Positions 7,508-18,125 are shown, counted from the first letter of the stretch. The stretch is DNA of 64,000 nucleotides from an uncultured Candidatus Saccharibacteria bacterium (GCA_964573095.1 CAZNIK010000002.1:199230-263229), one strand, 5' to 3'. The notes: a model not told the origin generated them from the letters alone. Program-made: numbers and translations.

Positions 7508-9199
7508 CTATTCTGTTCCGTCAGAGAAATGTTCGGTGAGGTAGTCGAGGTGTTTTTCGCGGAATTTTTTAAACTCGCTTTTCTTTAGTCCGGAGTTCTT
7601 GATGAAGGTGCCGATTTTCTCGCTGCCGATATAGTGTGGCATCATCACGTAGCTGGCACCAAGCTCGTACAGCTGTGCGGCTTGTGCAACATTGTCGGCA
7701 TGGCAAATTACGACCGAATGGGGATTGATGCGCTCCATCAGTTTCACCAAAAAGATGTTTGTGTCATGATCCGAAATGGTTGAAACCAGCAGCTTACTTT
7801 TCTCGATCCCGGCCTCATGCAACAATTCAATGTCGGTGGCGTCGCCGTAAAGATACTCAATTTTTTGGTGCTCTAAAAGGTCTATTATTTCGGGATCATA
7901 ATCGATTACGATATAGCGCTTTTTTAGGCTTTTAAAGACGCGTAAAAATTCATGGCCACCCTTGTGGTAGCCGAAAAGCACCAAATCGTAGTGGTGTTTG
8001 GTGATCTGTTGTTCGTACTGGGTTTTTCGTCGTTCAAATAGCCCAAGGTGTCGTTGAAAGTAACCAAAGAGTTGCTCGCTGTACATGATGACGTAGGTCG
8101 AGTAGGCAATCGAAAGAAGGGTCACCAGGGTAAGAGTGGTTACCAGCTCAGCACTGACTTGCCCTTGTTTGTAGGCCAGTGTAATAAAAACCAGTGAGAA
8201 TTCGCTCGTTTGAGCAAGCGCTGTCGAGGCCTTAAAGCTGGTTTGTTTTGTATAGCCCATAAGTCCCATAATTGTGAGGACAACAAACGGCTTAATTAGA
8301 ATTACGACGACCAAGAAGGCAAAAATGTCACCCAGGTAGTTATATATGTTGTCGAAGCGAAGTTGGGTTCCGAGCGCGATGAAGAATACCACAATGAAAA
8401 AATCGCGAAGCGGGCGAAGACGGGCGCTAATTTCCTGTGAGTACGGTAGCGATGCGAGGCTGACACCCGCCACTAAGGCGCCCATCTCGAGACTAAAGCC
8501 GGCCAGCTCGAACAGCGCTGAGCTTCCAAAACCCCACCCAATGGCAAACAGGAATAAGAACTCTTGACTGCCCGCGATAAGGTTGTGCATTTTTGGAAGA
8601 ATCTTGCCACCAATAAGAAACAAAGGAATCGCCACCAGTATGCCCTTGCCAACCAGGCTGGCGAGCTGAGTAACAGAAAATCCAGTACCGTCGCCTTGAG
8701 CGGCCAGCAGCAAGAGTGCGGTTGCGGCAACGATATCTTGAATAATGAGTATGCCAATAACGATCTTGCCGTAAAGGCGACCCTGCTGCTTCTTGTCGGA
8801 AAGCAATTTAAGAATAATAATTGTGCTACTAAAGGCGGTCGCAACACCCGCAAATAGTGACTCGGTATCACCAAGACCTAATAGTTTTCCGACGGTATAA
8901 CCAGCCAGCGTGGTAATTGCAACTTGCAGAACACCAACAGTGCCGGCAACCTTGCCGACCTCCTTTATTACGCCTGGATTCAGCCCAAGACCAATAATAA
9001 ACAGCAGTAGTGCAATACCAATGCTAGAAAAGGTTTCTATGGTTTCTGATGATTGAACCAGGTGCAGAAACGACGGACCCACCAAAATTCCGGTAATGAT
9101 GTGGCCAATAATCAGAGGCTGATGGATCAACCTCATACAAAATGCAATAAACGCACCGAGGGCAATAATAAGGCTTAGTTCTGTGAAGACGGAGTGCAT
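7508..9199 (-). CDS. monovalent cation:proton antiporter (CPA2/Kef-type) with a C-terminal RCK/TrkA-N domain
   Basis: Multi-TM N-terminal region followed by YDLVLFGYHKGGHEFLRVF...IVIDYDPE...YGDATDIELLHEAGI, a Rossmann RCK domain. I prefer the ATG at 9199 (MHSVFTE) over the TTG at 9241 used by the track. Confidence 0.8.
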   Translation of the reverse strand: MHSVFTELSLIIALGAFIAFCMRLIHQPLIIGHIITGILVGPSFLHLVQSSETIETFSSIGIALLLFIIGLGLNPGVIKEVGKVAGTVGVLQVAITTLAGYTVGKLLGLGDTESLFAGVATAFSSTIIILKLLSDKKQQGRLYGKIVIGILIIQDIVAATALLLLAAQGDGTGFSVTQLASLVGKGILVAIPLFLIGGKILPKMHNLIAGSQEFLFLFAIGWGFGSSALFELAGFSLEMGALVAGVSLASLPYSQEISARLRPLRDFFIVVFFIALGTQLRFDNIYNYLGDIFAFLVVVILIKPFVVLTIMGLMGYTKQTSFKASTALAQTSEFSLVFITLAYKQGQVSAELVTTLTLVTLLSIAYSTYVIMYSEQLFGYFQRHLGLFERRKTQYEQQITKHHYDLVLFGYHKGGHEFLRVFKSLKKRYIVIDYDPEIIDLLEHQKIEYLYGDATDIELLHEAGIEKSKLLVSTISDHDTNIFLVKLMERINPHSVVICHADNVAQAAQLYELGASYVMMPHYIGSEKIGTFIKNSGLKKSEFKKFREKHLDYLTEHFSDGTE

Positions 9200-9262
9200 T
9201 TTTGTATAATTTGGAGTACCGTTAGTAGTGAGCTCTAACAAACCACTTACGCTTAATTATAG

Positions 9263-9730
9263 ATGAAAGATATATTTCGCAAAGTTTCAAACCGCGTGTC
9301 GCATATTGCCGGCAATGCCTCGACCTTTCTTTTTGCGTTCCTCATTATCGTAATTTGGGCGACCACAGGTCCACTCTTTGACTTCTCTGATACTTGGCAG
9401 CTGGTAATAAATACCGGCACTACAATTGTCACCTTTCTAATGGTGTTTTTAATTCAGAACACTCAAAATCGAGACAGTAAAGCAATGCAGTTAAAACTCG
9501 ATGAGTTGATTTTGGCAACCCGGGCAAGAAATGCATTCGTGAATCTAGAAGATTTGACCGATGAGGAATTAGCTCAACTCAACACCCAGTTTAAGGACGT
9601 GCACGAGCGGGCAGAGGGCAGCAAGCTGATGATACAACTCCACGAAAGCATAGAAGCTGAACACGAAAGAAGAAAACACCGAGGCGTAACACCGACGCAC
9701 CTTAACGAGATACTGCACAAGAAGATTTAG
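9263..9730 (+). CDS. low-affinity iron permease family membrane protein (tentative)
   Basis: 155 aa. Contains GNASTFLFAFLIIVIWATTGPLFDFSDTWQLVINTGTTIVTFLMVFLIQNTQNRD...LKLDELI, which matches my memory of that family. Confidence 0.5.
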   Translation: MKDIFRKVSNRVSHIAGNASTFLFAFLIIVIWATTGPLFDFSDTWQLVINTGTTIVTFLMVFLIQNTQNRDSKAMQLKLDELILATRARNAFVNLEDLTDEELAQLNTQFKDVHERAEGSKLMIQLHESIEAEHERRKHRGVTPTHLNEILHKKI

Positions 9731-9751
9731 ACGGTTATATAACGGATAAAT

Positions 9752-10399
9752 CTATGATCGGTTCGACTGAGCGATCGCTTCATCGATCAGCTGTTTAAAT
9801 TCGTCGAGAGATTTTGGATTGGACTCCACCTTTTTGCCATTGATGACGAACGTTGGCGTTGAATTAACTCCAACGGCCTGTCCTGCCTTTTGGTCAGCGT
9901 TTATTATGGCAAGCGTGTTCGCATCGGCCAGATCTTTTTTGAACTGATCCATATTTAGGCCAAGCTGACTTGCGAATCCTTCAAGCACTGACGAGGGATT
10001 GTCGAGTCGCGCCCAACTATCTTGATTTTCGTAGAGCAAATCATGCATTTCAAAAAACTTTCCCTGTTTTCCTGCGGCTTCTGCTGCCCGAGCGGTAATA
10101 GTTGCATTTGGATGGATTTGGGTAAGGGGAAAGTGGCGGAATTGAAAGGTGATATCGTCACCATAATTTGCCTTTAGCTGTTTGACGATTGGCGCATAAC
10201 TTTTACACGCCGGGCACTGAAAGTCGCCGAACTCAACCAGAGTCACCTTTTTCTTGCCAGCCCCAACAGTATGATTACTGCCTTGGGACTGAGAAGTCTG
10301 ATTGTTCGTCGCCGTTTGATCGGACTTTTTTGTGAGCATCAAAACTCCAAATAAGCCAAGCACCACCACTACAATTATTGCTATAAACTGTTTGTTCAT
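9752..10399 (-). CDS. DsbA-family thiol:disulfide oxidoreductase, membrane-anchored
   Basis: N-terminal TM segment, a CPAC active site in FGDFQCPACK, and a thioredoxin-fold C-terminus (VNSTPTFVINGK). Confidence 0.8.
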   Translation of the reverse strand: MNKQFIAIIVVVVLGLFGVLMLTKKSDQTATNNQTSQSQGSNHTVGAGKKKVTLVEFGDFQCPACKSYAPIVKQLKANYGDDITFQFRHFPLTQIHPNATITARAAEAAGKQGKFFEMHDLLYENQDSWARLDNPSSVLEGFASQLGLNMDQFKKDLADANTLAIINADQKAGQAVGVNSTPTFVINGKKVESNPKSLDEFKQLIDEAIAQSNRS

Positions 10400-10475
10400 A
10401 ATTTTCCTCTTTTACCCATCTATGATAACAAGAACCTCTATAAATTTATAATGAGTATGGGATACTATTAGCAAT

Positions 10476-11483
10476 ATGCTCGAACTTATTACACTCGTCA
10501 TTTTCTTGGGCATTGCCATTTTGGCTGCGGGGCTAAGGCCGGTGTACGCTGGTGTCCCCATAAAAGAGCTTAGGAGACGAGCCAGTCGAGGAGATCAAGC
10601 GGCTCATCTACTCTACCAAGTATCTCATCACGGCATGACCGCCGAGGCTGTTCTGGTGCTCATTTCATTAGTATCTGTTTCGGTGTGTTGCGTTATCTTT
10701 GTCGGGACACTTGGGGCGCCACTGGCAGCAATTTTTGTGATGGCAACAATATTTCTAGTTTTTTTCCTCATCCCAACAAAACAATATCGATTTGCCCACA
10801 AGCTAGCGGGGCCCGTTTCGCCATATTTTGCGCGCATTCTCATCAAAATTCGTCCTATTACAAACCATATTGCTCGAATTGTAAGAAGATATCGACCACA
10901 CGCTGTCCAAACAGGCGTGTACACAAAACAAGATATTATTCAGTTGTTTGAGGATCAGAAAATTTCCGCTGGTAATCAAATTGACAATACCGAGCTTGAT
11001 ATAGCGCTACATGCGCTCACATTTGGTGACAAGAAAGTGTCAGAGGTGATGACGCCAAGAAGGGTCGTTCATTTCGTCCAGGCTGAGGAGCCTATTGGTC
11101 CAGTGCTTATTAACGAATTGCACGAAAGTGGCTTTTCGCGGTTTCCCGTCCGTAAAGAAGCTGACAACAACATCGTCGGCACCTTATTCTTAAGAGATTT
11201 GGTCGAGCGAAAGCACGGGGGAATCGTGAGTAATGCCATGAATTCCAAGGTCTATTATGTGAACGACCAAGAAACACTCAGCCATGTGCTCAAGGCATTT
11301 ATTCGCACCAAGCATCACTTATTTATGGTGGTAAACGAATTTGAAGATATTGTTGGGATCATCACTATTGAAGACATTCTCGAACAAATTCTTGGTCGTA
11401 AAATTGTTGACGAGTTCGATCGGTATGCCGATTTACGGGCCGTTGCCAAGAAGCTTAGCCCTAATGAGGGCGAACATATATAG
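10476..11483 (+). CDS. CNNM/DUF21 transmembrane domain plus CBS-pair protein (hemolysin-family, putative Mg/Co efflux)
   Basis: TM N-terminus followed by CBS-pair sequence (VSEVMTPRRVVHFV ... HHLFMVVNEFEDIVGIITIEDILEQI). Confidence 0.75.
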   Translation: MLELITLVIFLGIAILAAGLRPVYAGVPIKELRRRASRGDQAAHLLYQVSHHGMTAEAVLVLISLVSVSVCCVIFVGTLGAPLAAIFVMATIFLVFFLIPTKQYRFAHKLAGPVSPYFARILIKIRPITNHIARIVRRYRPHAVQTGVYTKQDIIQLFEDQKISAGNQIDNTELDIALHALTFGDKKVSEVMTPRRVVHFVQAEEPIGPVLINELHESGFSRFPVRKEADNNIVGTLFLRDLVERKHGGIVSNAMNSKVYYVNDQETLSHVLKAFIRTKHHLFMVVNEFEDIVGIITIEDILEQILGRKIVDEFDRYADLRAVAKKLSPNEGEHI

Positions 11484-11486
11484 CTT

Positions 11487-13262
11487 TTATGGTTTTGTCG
11501 AGAGATTGTAGAGCTCCCTATTGAGGTCAATGGCCCGAATCGAATTTGGTGTGTCACTTGGAAGCCCAATACAGGTGTACATCAGTTCATTTTGGTTCCA
11601 GCCCTGTGAAGCGAGATTGTAGTATCCAAGAGTGCCCGTCGCAAATTTTTGTTGATTTGCTTTTGTGAGTCTATAGACGAGTGTCGTGGGCAAAGTGCCA
11701 TCACATTGATAAATGTTGGGCGAGCCTTGAACCATATTATTACCAAGCTGGTAGCGGAGCTGAGAAGGGTTGTTCGTAGTAACTCTGCCAAGCATTTGTG
11801 TGCCTCTAATTACTCCAAAACCAAGCCCGTCGCTGCGTGGGTTTGCGCTTGTGAGCGTCCTGCGGTCTGCGTTTTCCAGCATAGCGCCCACAATTTCATC
11901 CCACGAAGCAGTGGGTTGATAGCTGCGACCGAGGCCCAAAAGCGCGCTTACCATTGGGGTGGCGAACGATGTACCGGCCAAGTTACCAGCATACGAACTT
12001 ACGCCGTTTGATGGCGTCCAGTAGGTGCTGATTAGATTGTCGCCGGGCGCAAGCACATCGAGGTTTTTTCCATAGCTATTGAAAGTTGCAGGATTATTAT
12101 TACGGTCGACTGCTCCAACTGCGACAACCTCCGGGTAATTTGCCGGATAACTGATGCAATTACAGCCGTCGTTTCCGCTCGCAGCGACCACAAGACTTCC
12201 GTGATTTGTCGCGTATTGTACCGCTTCACGAATGTATGGATCACTTTGGCTTGTTCCTAGACTAATGCTAATTACGTCGGCGCCTTGATCGGTCGCATAA
12301 TGAATAGCTTCGCTCACGGTAAGGCTGTCACCGTAGCTATCATCATCAAGGGCTTGCAATGGCAAAATTGAGCTATGCCAATTTACCCCAGAAATGCCCA
12401 CTGTGTTATTGCCGGTTGCCCCAAGTACACCGGCAACCATTGTTCCATGTGACGTCCCGGTTCCTAAAGGGTTTGTTTCGCCCGCTTGGACGCTGTTGTC
12501 GTAGTTTGAAAAATCCCAGCCACGGTAATCATCGATATAGCCATTTCCATCATCATCGATCCGATTACAAAATTTTTGGAGGCTTATTCCTTGATCAGAA
12601 CAGTTGAGCCGCGAAGGATTTTGTTTTGTCGTCGGTCCGATCTCATTATCAATAAGGCCGTCAAAATCGTCGTCGATAAGATTACACGAGGTGTCGATAC
12701 TTAATCCTCGATCTGTGCAATTTCGGCTGCTTGGTGCTTCTTGTGTGGTTGCAGAAGATTCGCCGGCGTTTGTTGCCCATCTGCTCACAAGATCTTGATG
12801 CGCCAGCGCAAATCCGGTATCAATGATGGCAATTTTGGTTTGGCGTGCTCCAGGCGGCAAATCCCAGACACCTCCCATAGAACTTGGCCCTATCCACCAT
12901 TGATTGGCGTACGTGTCGTTTGGGATCAAAAGGGGAGAGTATATCCTCAGAGGATATACGACGCCATTTTTGGTGATTATCTTTTCTTTGGTCTTGGCAG
13001 TAATGGTTGCTGCTCTCGCAGAAGAAGAAAGAATACCGCTAGGGTTTGCGTAGGTGGCTTTCACCCTCCTTGGGTTACCTTTATCCGAAGCCCTCTGCGG
13101 AGATTGTTTTTTGGTTTGTTCTGTCGGCTGAGACGGAGGAATGGTCGGTTGCGCAGCGGGACCAAGCTTACTACTTGTACGCTGTACCATGCTCAATGCG
13201 ATACACGCAAGAAGTGTTAATAGCAAGAATGCACTGTAGCTAAGTTTGAGGTTTGTTTTCAT
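11487..13262 (-). CDS. secreted S8 (subtilisin-like) serine peptidase
   Basis: Catalytic triad contexts IAIIDTG, SHGTMVAG and GTSFATPMVS. The signal peptide reads MKTNLKLSYSAFLLLTLLAC when translation starts at the ATG at 13262 (an upstream ATG at 13307 or 13286 is possible). Confidence 0.85.
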   Translation of the reverse strand: MKTNLKLSYSAFLLLTLLACIALSMVQRTSSKLGPAAQPTIPPSQPTEQTKKQSPQRASDKGNPRRVKATYANPSGILSSSARAATITAKTKEKIITKNGVVYPLRIYSPLLIPNDTYANQWWIGPSSMGGVWDLPPGARQTKIAIIDTGFALAHQDLVSRWATNAGESSATTQEAPSSRNCTDRGLSIDTSCNLIDDDFDGLIDNEIGPTTKQNPSRLNCSDQGISLQKFCNRIDDDGNGYIDDYRGWDFSNYDNSVQAGETNPLGTGTSHGTMVAGVLGATGNNTVGISGVNWHSSILPLQALDDDSYGDSLTVSEAIHYATDQGADVISISLGTSQSDPYIREAVQYATNHGSLVVAASGNDGCNCISYPANYPEVVAVGAVDRNNNPATFNSYGKNLDVLAPGDNLISTYWTPSNGVSSYAGNLAGTSFATPMVSALLGLGRSYQPTASWDEIVGAMLENADRRTLTSANPRSDGLGFGVIRGTQMLGRVTTNNPSQLRYQLGNNMVQGSPNIYQCDGTLPTTLVYRLTKANQQKFATGTLGYYNLASQGWNQNELMYTCIGLPSDTPNSIRAIDLNRELYNLSTKP

Positions 13263-13361
13263 TTTTGTTTTTGTAAACGTGAACATATAATACCAAAAAA
13301 AGCACAAAAAGTCAACATTATTGATCTATGTTTTGGGTCACCTCTGCTATAATTACCTCCT

Positions 13362-14672
13362 ATGCGAGTATTAAGTACTGATATCCAAAAACATGTTGGG
13401 AAAAGGATAAAAGTCCAAGGGTGGCTTCATAAAAAACGGGCCATGGGTGGACTTACCTTTATTAACGTGCGAGATCGAAAAGGTCTGGTACAGATTTTGA
13501 TCGAAGATAAGGAGGAGACCAACAAACTCCATGGTCTCCATATTGGCACTGTTTTGACTGTCGAAGGCGAGGCGGTAGAAGAGTCGCGGGCTCCCAATGG
13601 CGCTGAGATTCACAGCCCAACCCTTACAGTGATTACAGCAGTTGAGGAGCCACCAGCCATAGAGATTGACAAGCCTATTGATCACAAGCCGGAAAACCAA
13701 GATACGCTGTTTGAACATCGAGTATTAAATCTGCGTAATACCCAAGAGCAAAAGATCTTTAGAGTCCGAGCCATAGTCAATCGATATATTCGAGAGTTCT
13801 TATACGAGCATGACTTTATTGAAATACAGACACCAAAGCTTGTTGCAGGCGCAACTGAGGGCGGTGCTGAGGTGTTTAAAACGGATTATTTTGGCCAAGA
13901 GGCAACACTTGCCCAAAGTCCGCAGTTTTACAAACAAATCATGGTCGGCGTGTTTGAGAGAGTTTTTGAAATCGGGCCTGCCTTTCGCGCTGAGCCGAGC
14001 ATGACAACCAGACACGTCAGTGAGACCACCATGCTTGATATTGAGATGGGTTTTATAGAGTCCCACGATGATGTCTTAAAGCTCACAGAGCAGCTAGTGG
14101 TTTATGTGCTCAAAAAACTTTATCAACAACACCAAGAACTACTTACGAGCTTAAATGCGCCGCCACTAGTTATTGCTGATTCATTTCCCCGATATACGGT
14201 TGATGAGATCCATCAGCTTTACACAAAAGCGACGGGTGAGGACACAACCAAAGAGAAGGACCTAATTCCGGCCGAGGAACGCTGGATTTGTGAGTATGCA
14301 AAGAAGAAACACGGCAGTGAAGCAGTGTTTGCAACCCATTTTCCAATTGAAGCTATGAAGTTTTATCACATGATTGATCCTAAAGACCCTAAAAAAGTAC
14401 TGTGGGCCGATTTACTCCTCCGCGGACTCGAGATCGCGACCGTGCCAATGCGCGAACATCGATATCAAGTGTTGGTAGAACAAATAGTACGCGCCGGCAT
14501 TGACCCGGAGCATCCTGGCTTTCGCTATTATCTACAAGCATTTAAGGCCGGACTTCCACCACACGGGGGCTTTGGGTTTGGGATTGACAGATTCGTCCAA
14601 AAAACCCTTGGTCTAAATAGCGTGAAGGAGGCAATTTTATTCCCTCGAGATATGCACCGGCTTACGCCATAA
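13362..14672 (+). CDS. aspS: aspartate--tRNA ligase, archaeal/eukaryotic-type (class IIb)
   Basis: 436 aa. N-terminal OB fold, class II motifs FRAEPSMTTRHVSETTMLDIEM and GGFGFGIDRF, and a C-terminal FPRDMHRLTP typical of short-type AspRS. Confidence 0.8.
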   Translation: MRVLSTDIQKHVGKRIKVQGWLHKKRAMGGLTFINVRDRKGLVQILIEDKEETNKLHGLHIGTVLTVEGEAVEESRAPNGAEIHSPTLTVITAVEEPPAIEIDKPIDHKPENQDTLFEHRVLNLRNTQEQKIFRVRAIVNRYIREFLYEHDFIEIQTPKLVAGATEGGAEVFKTDYFGQEATLAQSPQFYKQIMVGVFERVFEIGPAFRAEPSMTTRHVSETTMLDIEMGFIESHDDVLKLTEQLVVYVLKKLYQQHQELLTSLNAPPLVIADSFPRYTVDEIHQLYTKATGEDTTKEKDLIPAEERWICEYAKKKHGSEAVFATHFPIEAMKFYHMIDPKDPKKVLWADLLLRGLEIATVPMREHRYQVLVEQIVRAGIDPEHPGFRYYLQAFKAGLPPHGGFGFGIDRFVQKTLGLNSVKEAILFPRDMHRLTP

Positions 14673-14726
14673 GATTTTTTGCATGCGTAAGTAGGATTGT
14701 CTACACTAAAAGCAGTAGTGGGCAAA

Positions 14727-15302
14727 ATGAATAAAAAAATCATAGGAATTTTCTTCGGAATTTGTCTTGTAATTGGGGCAGTAGGTTTTGTTTCGCTTCA
14801 ATCAGAAGACACAAAAGATACTTCGCGCCAACTTCAGACCAACAAAGCCGACCCCTCAAAGTACGTGGTGAAAAAAGCTTGTGATATTCTTTCGCTTGAC
14901 GACGCAAAAAAATTATTTGGCGATGACAGCGTCACAATTACTCCCGAAGATAACACTGGGGCGCAGTCAAACGACATTGGTGTCAGCTCGTGCAGCTACA
15001 TAGATAAATCAATGAAGGCGGCAACCATACTGGTACGTTCGGCTAAAACCGACGCCGGTCAAGCGAGCAACAAAGCCCAGTTTACTCAGAAAAGACCCCC
15101 GAACACCCAAGATGTAAGTGGCTACGGAGAGGGAGCATATTGGAACTTACAGTTAGCTCAACTGAACATTCTAAAGGGCAACACGTGGTACATTCTCAGT
15201 TACGGAGCACCAAATATAAATCAGCGCACACTGGGCGAAACCGAACAAATGGCCAAGCTCATTAGCGGCAAATTTGACTACGCCCCCGGCGAAAGCTACT
15301 AG
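14727..15302 (+). CDS. hypothetical membrane-anchored or secreted protein
   Basis: The ORF is MNKKIIGIFFGICLVIGAVGFVS... with an N-terminal signal/anchor. No recognisable domain. Confidence 0.55.
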   Translation: MNKKIIGIFFGICLVIGAVGFVSLQSEDTKDTSRQLQTNKADPSKYVVKKACDILSLDDAKKLFGDDSVTITPEDNTGAQSNDIGVSSCSYIDKSMKAATILVRSAKTDAGQASNKAQFTQKRPPNTQDVSGYGEGAYWNLQLAQLNILKGNTWYILSYGAPNINQRTLGETEQMAKLISGKFDYAPGESY

Positions 15303-15922
15303 CTTTTATTATCAAGGTTTTTCCAGAGGTACCAGCACGCGACCGATTCGAAAGGCGACCAGCCTTTTTCGCTCGACAGCGCCTCGAGTTCGAGTTGACT
15401 GGGCAGTCTTGGCAGGCTATAAAGTTGCATTGCACTTTTTCTAATCCCGAGGTCGCCCCACGCCAATACGTCAAGCCGCCCTAAACTAAATATCATAAAC
15501 ATGTGAGCTGACCAGGTGCCAATGCCTCGAACCGAAGTGAGCTCGGAAATCAACCGGTCGTTACTCAGTGACGTGGCCTTGTGTAACTCAAGTCTTCCGT
15601 CAATAACATGGGCAGAGAGATCTTTAATGTAACCTACTTTTTGGTAACTTAAACCAACTGAACGCAGCGAGTCATCATCTGCTGCAAGAATTCGCTCCGG
15701 GGAGGGCATAGAATTATCAAAAAACTCTAAAAAGCGACCCCAAATTTTTTGGGCAGCACGAACTGATAGTTGTTGGCTTACGATACTGTTGACGAGTTCT
15801 TCGAAGTGTCGATCGTGAGGCTGTAGGTCAAAGTTTCCATATCTGCCAATGAGCCTATTCATAACGGGGTCGTTGTCGCGCAGCTGCGTTACTGCATTGA
15901 GGTGTTGAAGGTTCTTAGACAT
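15299..15922 (-). CDS. DNA-3-methyladenine glycosylase II-like (HhH-GPD superfamily)
   Basis: Contains QQLSVRAAQKIWGRF and the helix-hairpin-helix VRGIGTWSAHMFMIF...WGDLGIRK. Confidence 0.75.
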   Translation of the reverse strand: MSKNLQHLNAVTQLRDNDPVMNRLIGRYGNFDLQPHDRHFEELVNSIVSQQLSVRAAQKIWGRFLEFFDNSMPSPERILAADDDSLRSVGLSYQKVGYIKDLSAHVIDGRLELHKATSLSNDRLISELTSVRGIGTWSAHMFMIFSLGRLDVLAWGDLGIRKSAMQLYSLPRLPSQLELEALSSEKGWSPFESVACWYLWKNLDNKS

Positions 15923-15970
15923 TGGCTTTTCTGGTACTATACTACCTGGATATCAGTATAAAAAACGAAC

Positions 15971-18079
15971 ATGGCCAAAGAAAAAGAACAATCAAGCGAA
16001 GACACCACTTCTTTTTTAGGAAAAGACATTGACCCGGAGCTTCTAAATAAAGTTGACGAGTATATGGATATTAAAGAACCAGACCCAGAAGTAGTACCCG
16101 AAGCGCCGATGGAGTTTGAGCCTCCCTCGAGTGAAGATATTGCGAGCGCTCCACTATTGCCAAGTGAGAAGCTACCTAACCTTGAAGGCAAAAAGAAATC
16201 GACCTCCAAGAAAGACCTCCAAGAAACACCACCGTTTGAATCATCAGATAAACAACAAAAAGACGCAAAGGCATCGCTCCCACTTGAGTCAACTCGCGAA
16301 ACCGATAAAGAGGATTCTGGAGAGCAGCAGTCTATTGCCGAGGAAACCGCCGAACGTTTACCACGTGATGAACTTGGACTAGAAGATCCACAAACCGAGA
16401 AAGCAGTGGATGAGATTATTGCCGCGGAAGCGGATGAGCTCATTGAGGCTGGTGACAATAGACGGGCAAAGGAAAATGAAACTGTTCCAAAAACAGGGCT
16501 ACGAGCAAAGGTAAAAGCGTTTTTTTCGGCGTGGTGGCACAACAAGAAATATCGCAACACGACACTTGCTATAGGATTCTTTGCTCTCGTCATTATCGCA
16601 ATTGTTCCTAGTACGCGGTATTACGCGCTCAACTCTATAGGTGTTCGGGCCTCGTCGTCAGTAGTCGTGTTGGACGAAAAAACGAACCTGCCACTCAAAA
16701 ATGTTGAGTTTACAATCGCCGGTATGAGCGACAAGACCGATCGTGATGGACGGGCAAAAGTCGAGAAAATAAAGCTTGGTGACCAGACAATGGTCATTAA
16801 TAAGCCTGGTTTTGCCCGTATTGATCGGAAATTAACCGTCGGCTGGGGCAGCAATCCGCTTGGGGAGACAAAACTGACCCCAACAGGCACGCAGTATACG
16901 TTTTTGGTGAGCGATTTTTTGTCGCAAAAGCCGATAACTAAGGCCGAGGCCAACAGCGGTGAGTCGAGTGCTCGTGCGAGTACAAACGGCGAAATTGTGC
17001 TCACAGTTCCTCAGACCGATCAAGATGACATCGAGGTGATAATTTCTGCTGACGAGTACCGAACCGAAACGCTAAAAGTTGTTCCAGGCAAAAAGGATAG
17101 CACCCAGCTATTGATGGTTCCGGCAAAAAAACACGCGTTTATTACCAAGCGTACGGGTACATTTGATCTGTATAAAATTGATGTTGACGGCAAAGATGAG
17201 CAAAAGGTCTTGAGTGGAACGGGGAGGGAACGTCAAGATACGATGGCGCTCGTTCCTCATCCAAAGAAAAATTTGACGGCGCTCGTTTCCGTCAGAGACA
17301 ATATCAAAAACGGCGACGGGTTCTTACTTAGCTCACTAAATGTTATCGATCTTGAAAAAGACGAAGTGAAAAAAGTTACCGATTCTGAGCGCATTCAAAT
17401 TATTGACTGGGTTGGCGACAAGCTCGTGTACGTAAAAATTACTCAAGGCGCCAGTGAAGCCAACGTGAACAGGCATAAGCTTATGAGCTATGACGTGCGC
17501 ACCGAGAGCGAGAAAGAGTTAGCGAGTACAAACTACTTCAACGATGTACTTATTGATCGTGGGTCAATTTATTATAGTCCAGCGGTATACAAGGTGAACG
17601 GTGCCGTTGGGTTATTCAAAATTGATGCTGATGGCAACAATAAGAAGACGGTGTACGACAAAGAAGTTTGGAACTTACTGAGGACGGAGTATGACAGGAT
17701 AAGTGTATCTGTCGGACAAGATTGGTATGAGTTGACGCCTTCAACTGGCGCGTTTGCAAAAACCAATGTCGCGCCGCCACTCCTAAAGTCCAGGATCTAT
17801 GTTGATAATCAAGACGGTCAAAAGAGTCTGTGGGTTGATGAGCGCGATGGCAAAGGGGTGCTGGTTGTGGTTGATGTGAACTCGAAGCAAGAAACTGTCC
17901 TTCGCGCTCAAGGCGGCCTAAAGAATCCGATCACCTGGGTTGATACAGCTCATGCTGTTTACCGAGTCGCAAATGGCCAAGAAACCGCTGACTATATAAT
18001 TAGTCTTAGTGGTGGAGAGCCACGAAAAATTAGAGATGTGACAAATGTTGCGGGTGTTGATCGCTGGTACTATTACTAG
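15971..18079 (+). CDS. hypothetical large membrane-anchored protein (acidic disordered N-terminus, one TM, beta-rich C-terminal region)
   Basis: 702-aa ORF. The N-terminal 190 aa are rich in E/D/K/P, with a TM segment at NTTLAIGFFALVIIAIVP. Any beta-propeller or TolB-like character of the C-terminal region is only an impression. Confidence 0.6.
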   Translation: MAKEKEQSSEDTTSFLGKDIDPELLNKVDEYMDIKEPDPEVVPEAPMEFEPPSSEDIASAPLLPSEKLPNLEGKKKSTSKKDLQETPPFESSDKQQKDAKASLPLESTRETDKEDSGEQQSIAEETAERLPRDELGLEDPQTEKAVDEIIAAEADELIEAGDNRRAKENETVPKTGLRAKVKAFFSAWWHNKKYRNTTLAIGFFALVIIAIVPSTRYYALNSIGVRASSSVVVLDEKTNLPLKNVEFTIAGMSDKTDRDGRAKVEKIKLGDQTMVINKPGFARIDRKLTVGWGSNPLGETKLTPTGTQYTFLVSDFLSQKPITKAEANSGESSARASTNGEIVLTVPQTDQDDIEVIISADEYRTETLKVVPGKKDSTQLLMVPAKKHAFITKRTGTFDLYKIDVDGKDEQKVLSGTGRERQDTMALVPHPKKNLTALVSVRDNIKNGDGFLLSSLNVIDLEKDEVKKVTDSERIQIIDWVGDKLVYVKITQGASEANVNRHKLMSYDVRTESEKELASTNYFNDVLIDRGSIYYSPAVYKVNGAVGLFKIDADGNNKKTVYDKEVWNLLRTEYDRISVSVGQDWYELTPSTGAFAKTNVAPPLLKSRIYVDNQDGQKSLWVDERDGKGVLVVVDVNSKQETVLRAQGGLKNPITWVDTAHAVYRVANGQETADYIISLSGGEPRKIRDVTNVAGVDRWYYY

Positions 18080-18125
18080 CAACTTTTGTTAATCTCCTAA
18101 ATATGTATCACATATAAAATTAATT

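Noticed and set aside
15937-16593. 218-aa minus-strand ORF (Ser-rich) overlapping the start of the 702-aa gene
   Set aside because: It is the antisense shadow of the acidic low-complexity N-terminus of the plus-strand gene. Its composition (S/F/G runs) is typical of spurious antisense ORFs.
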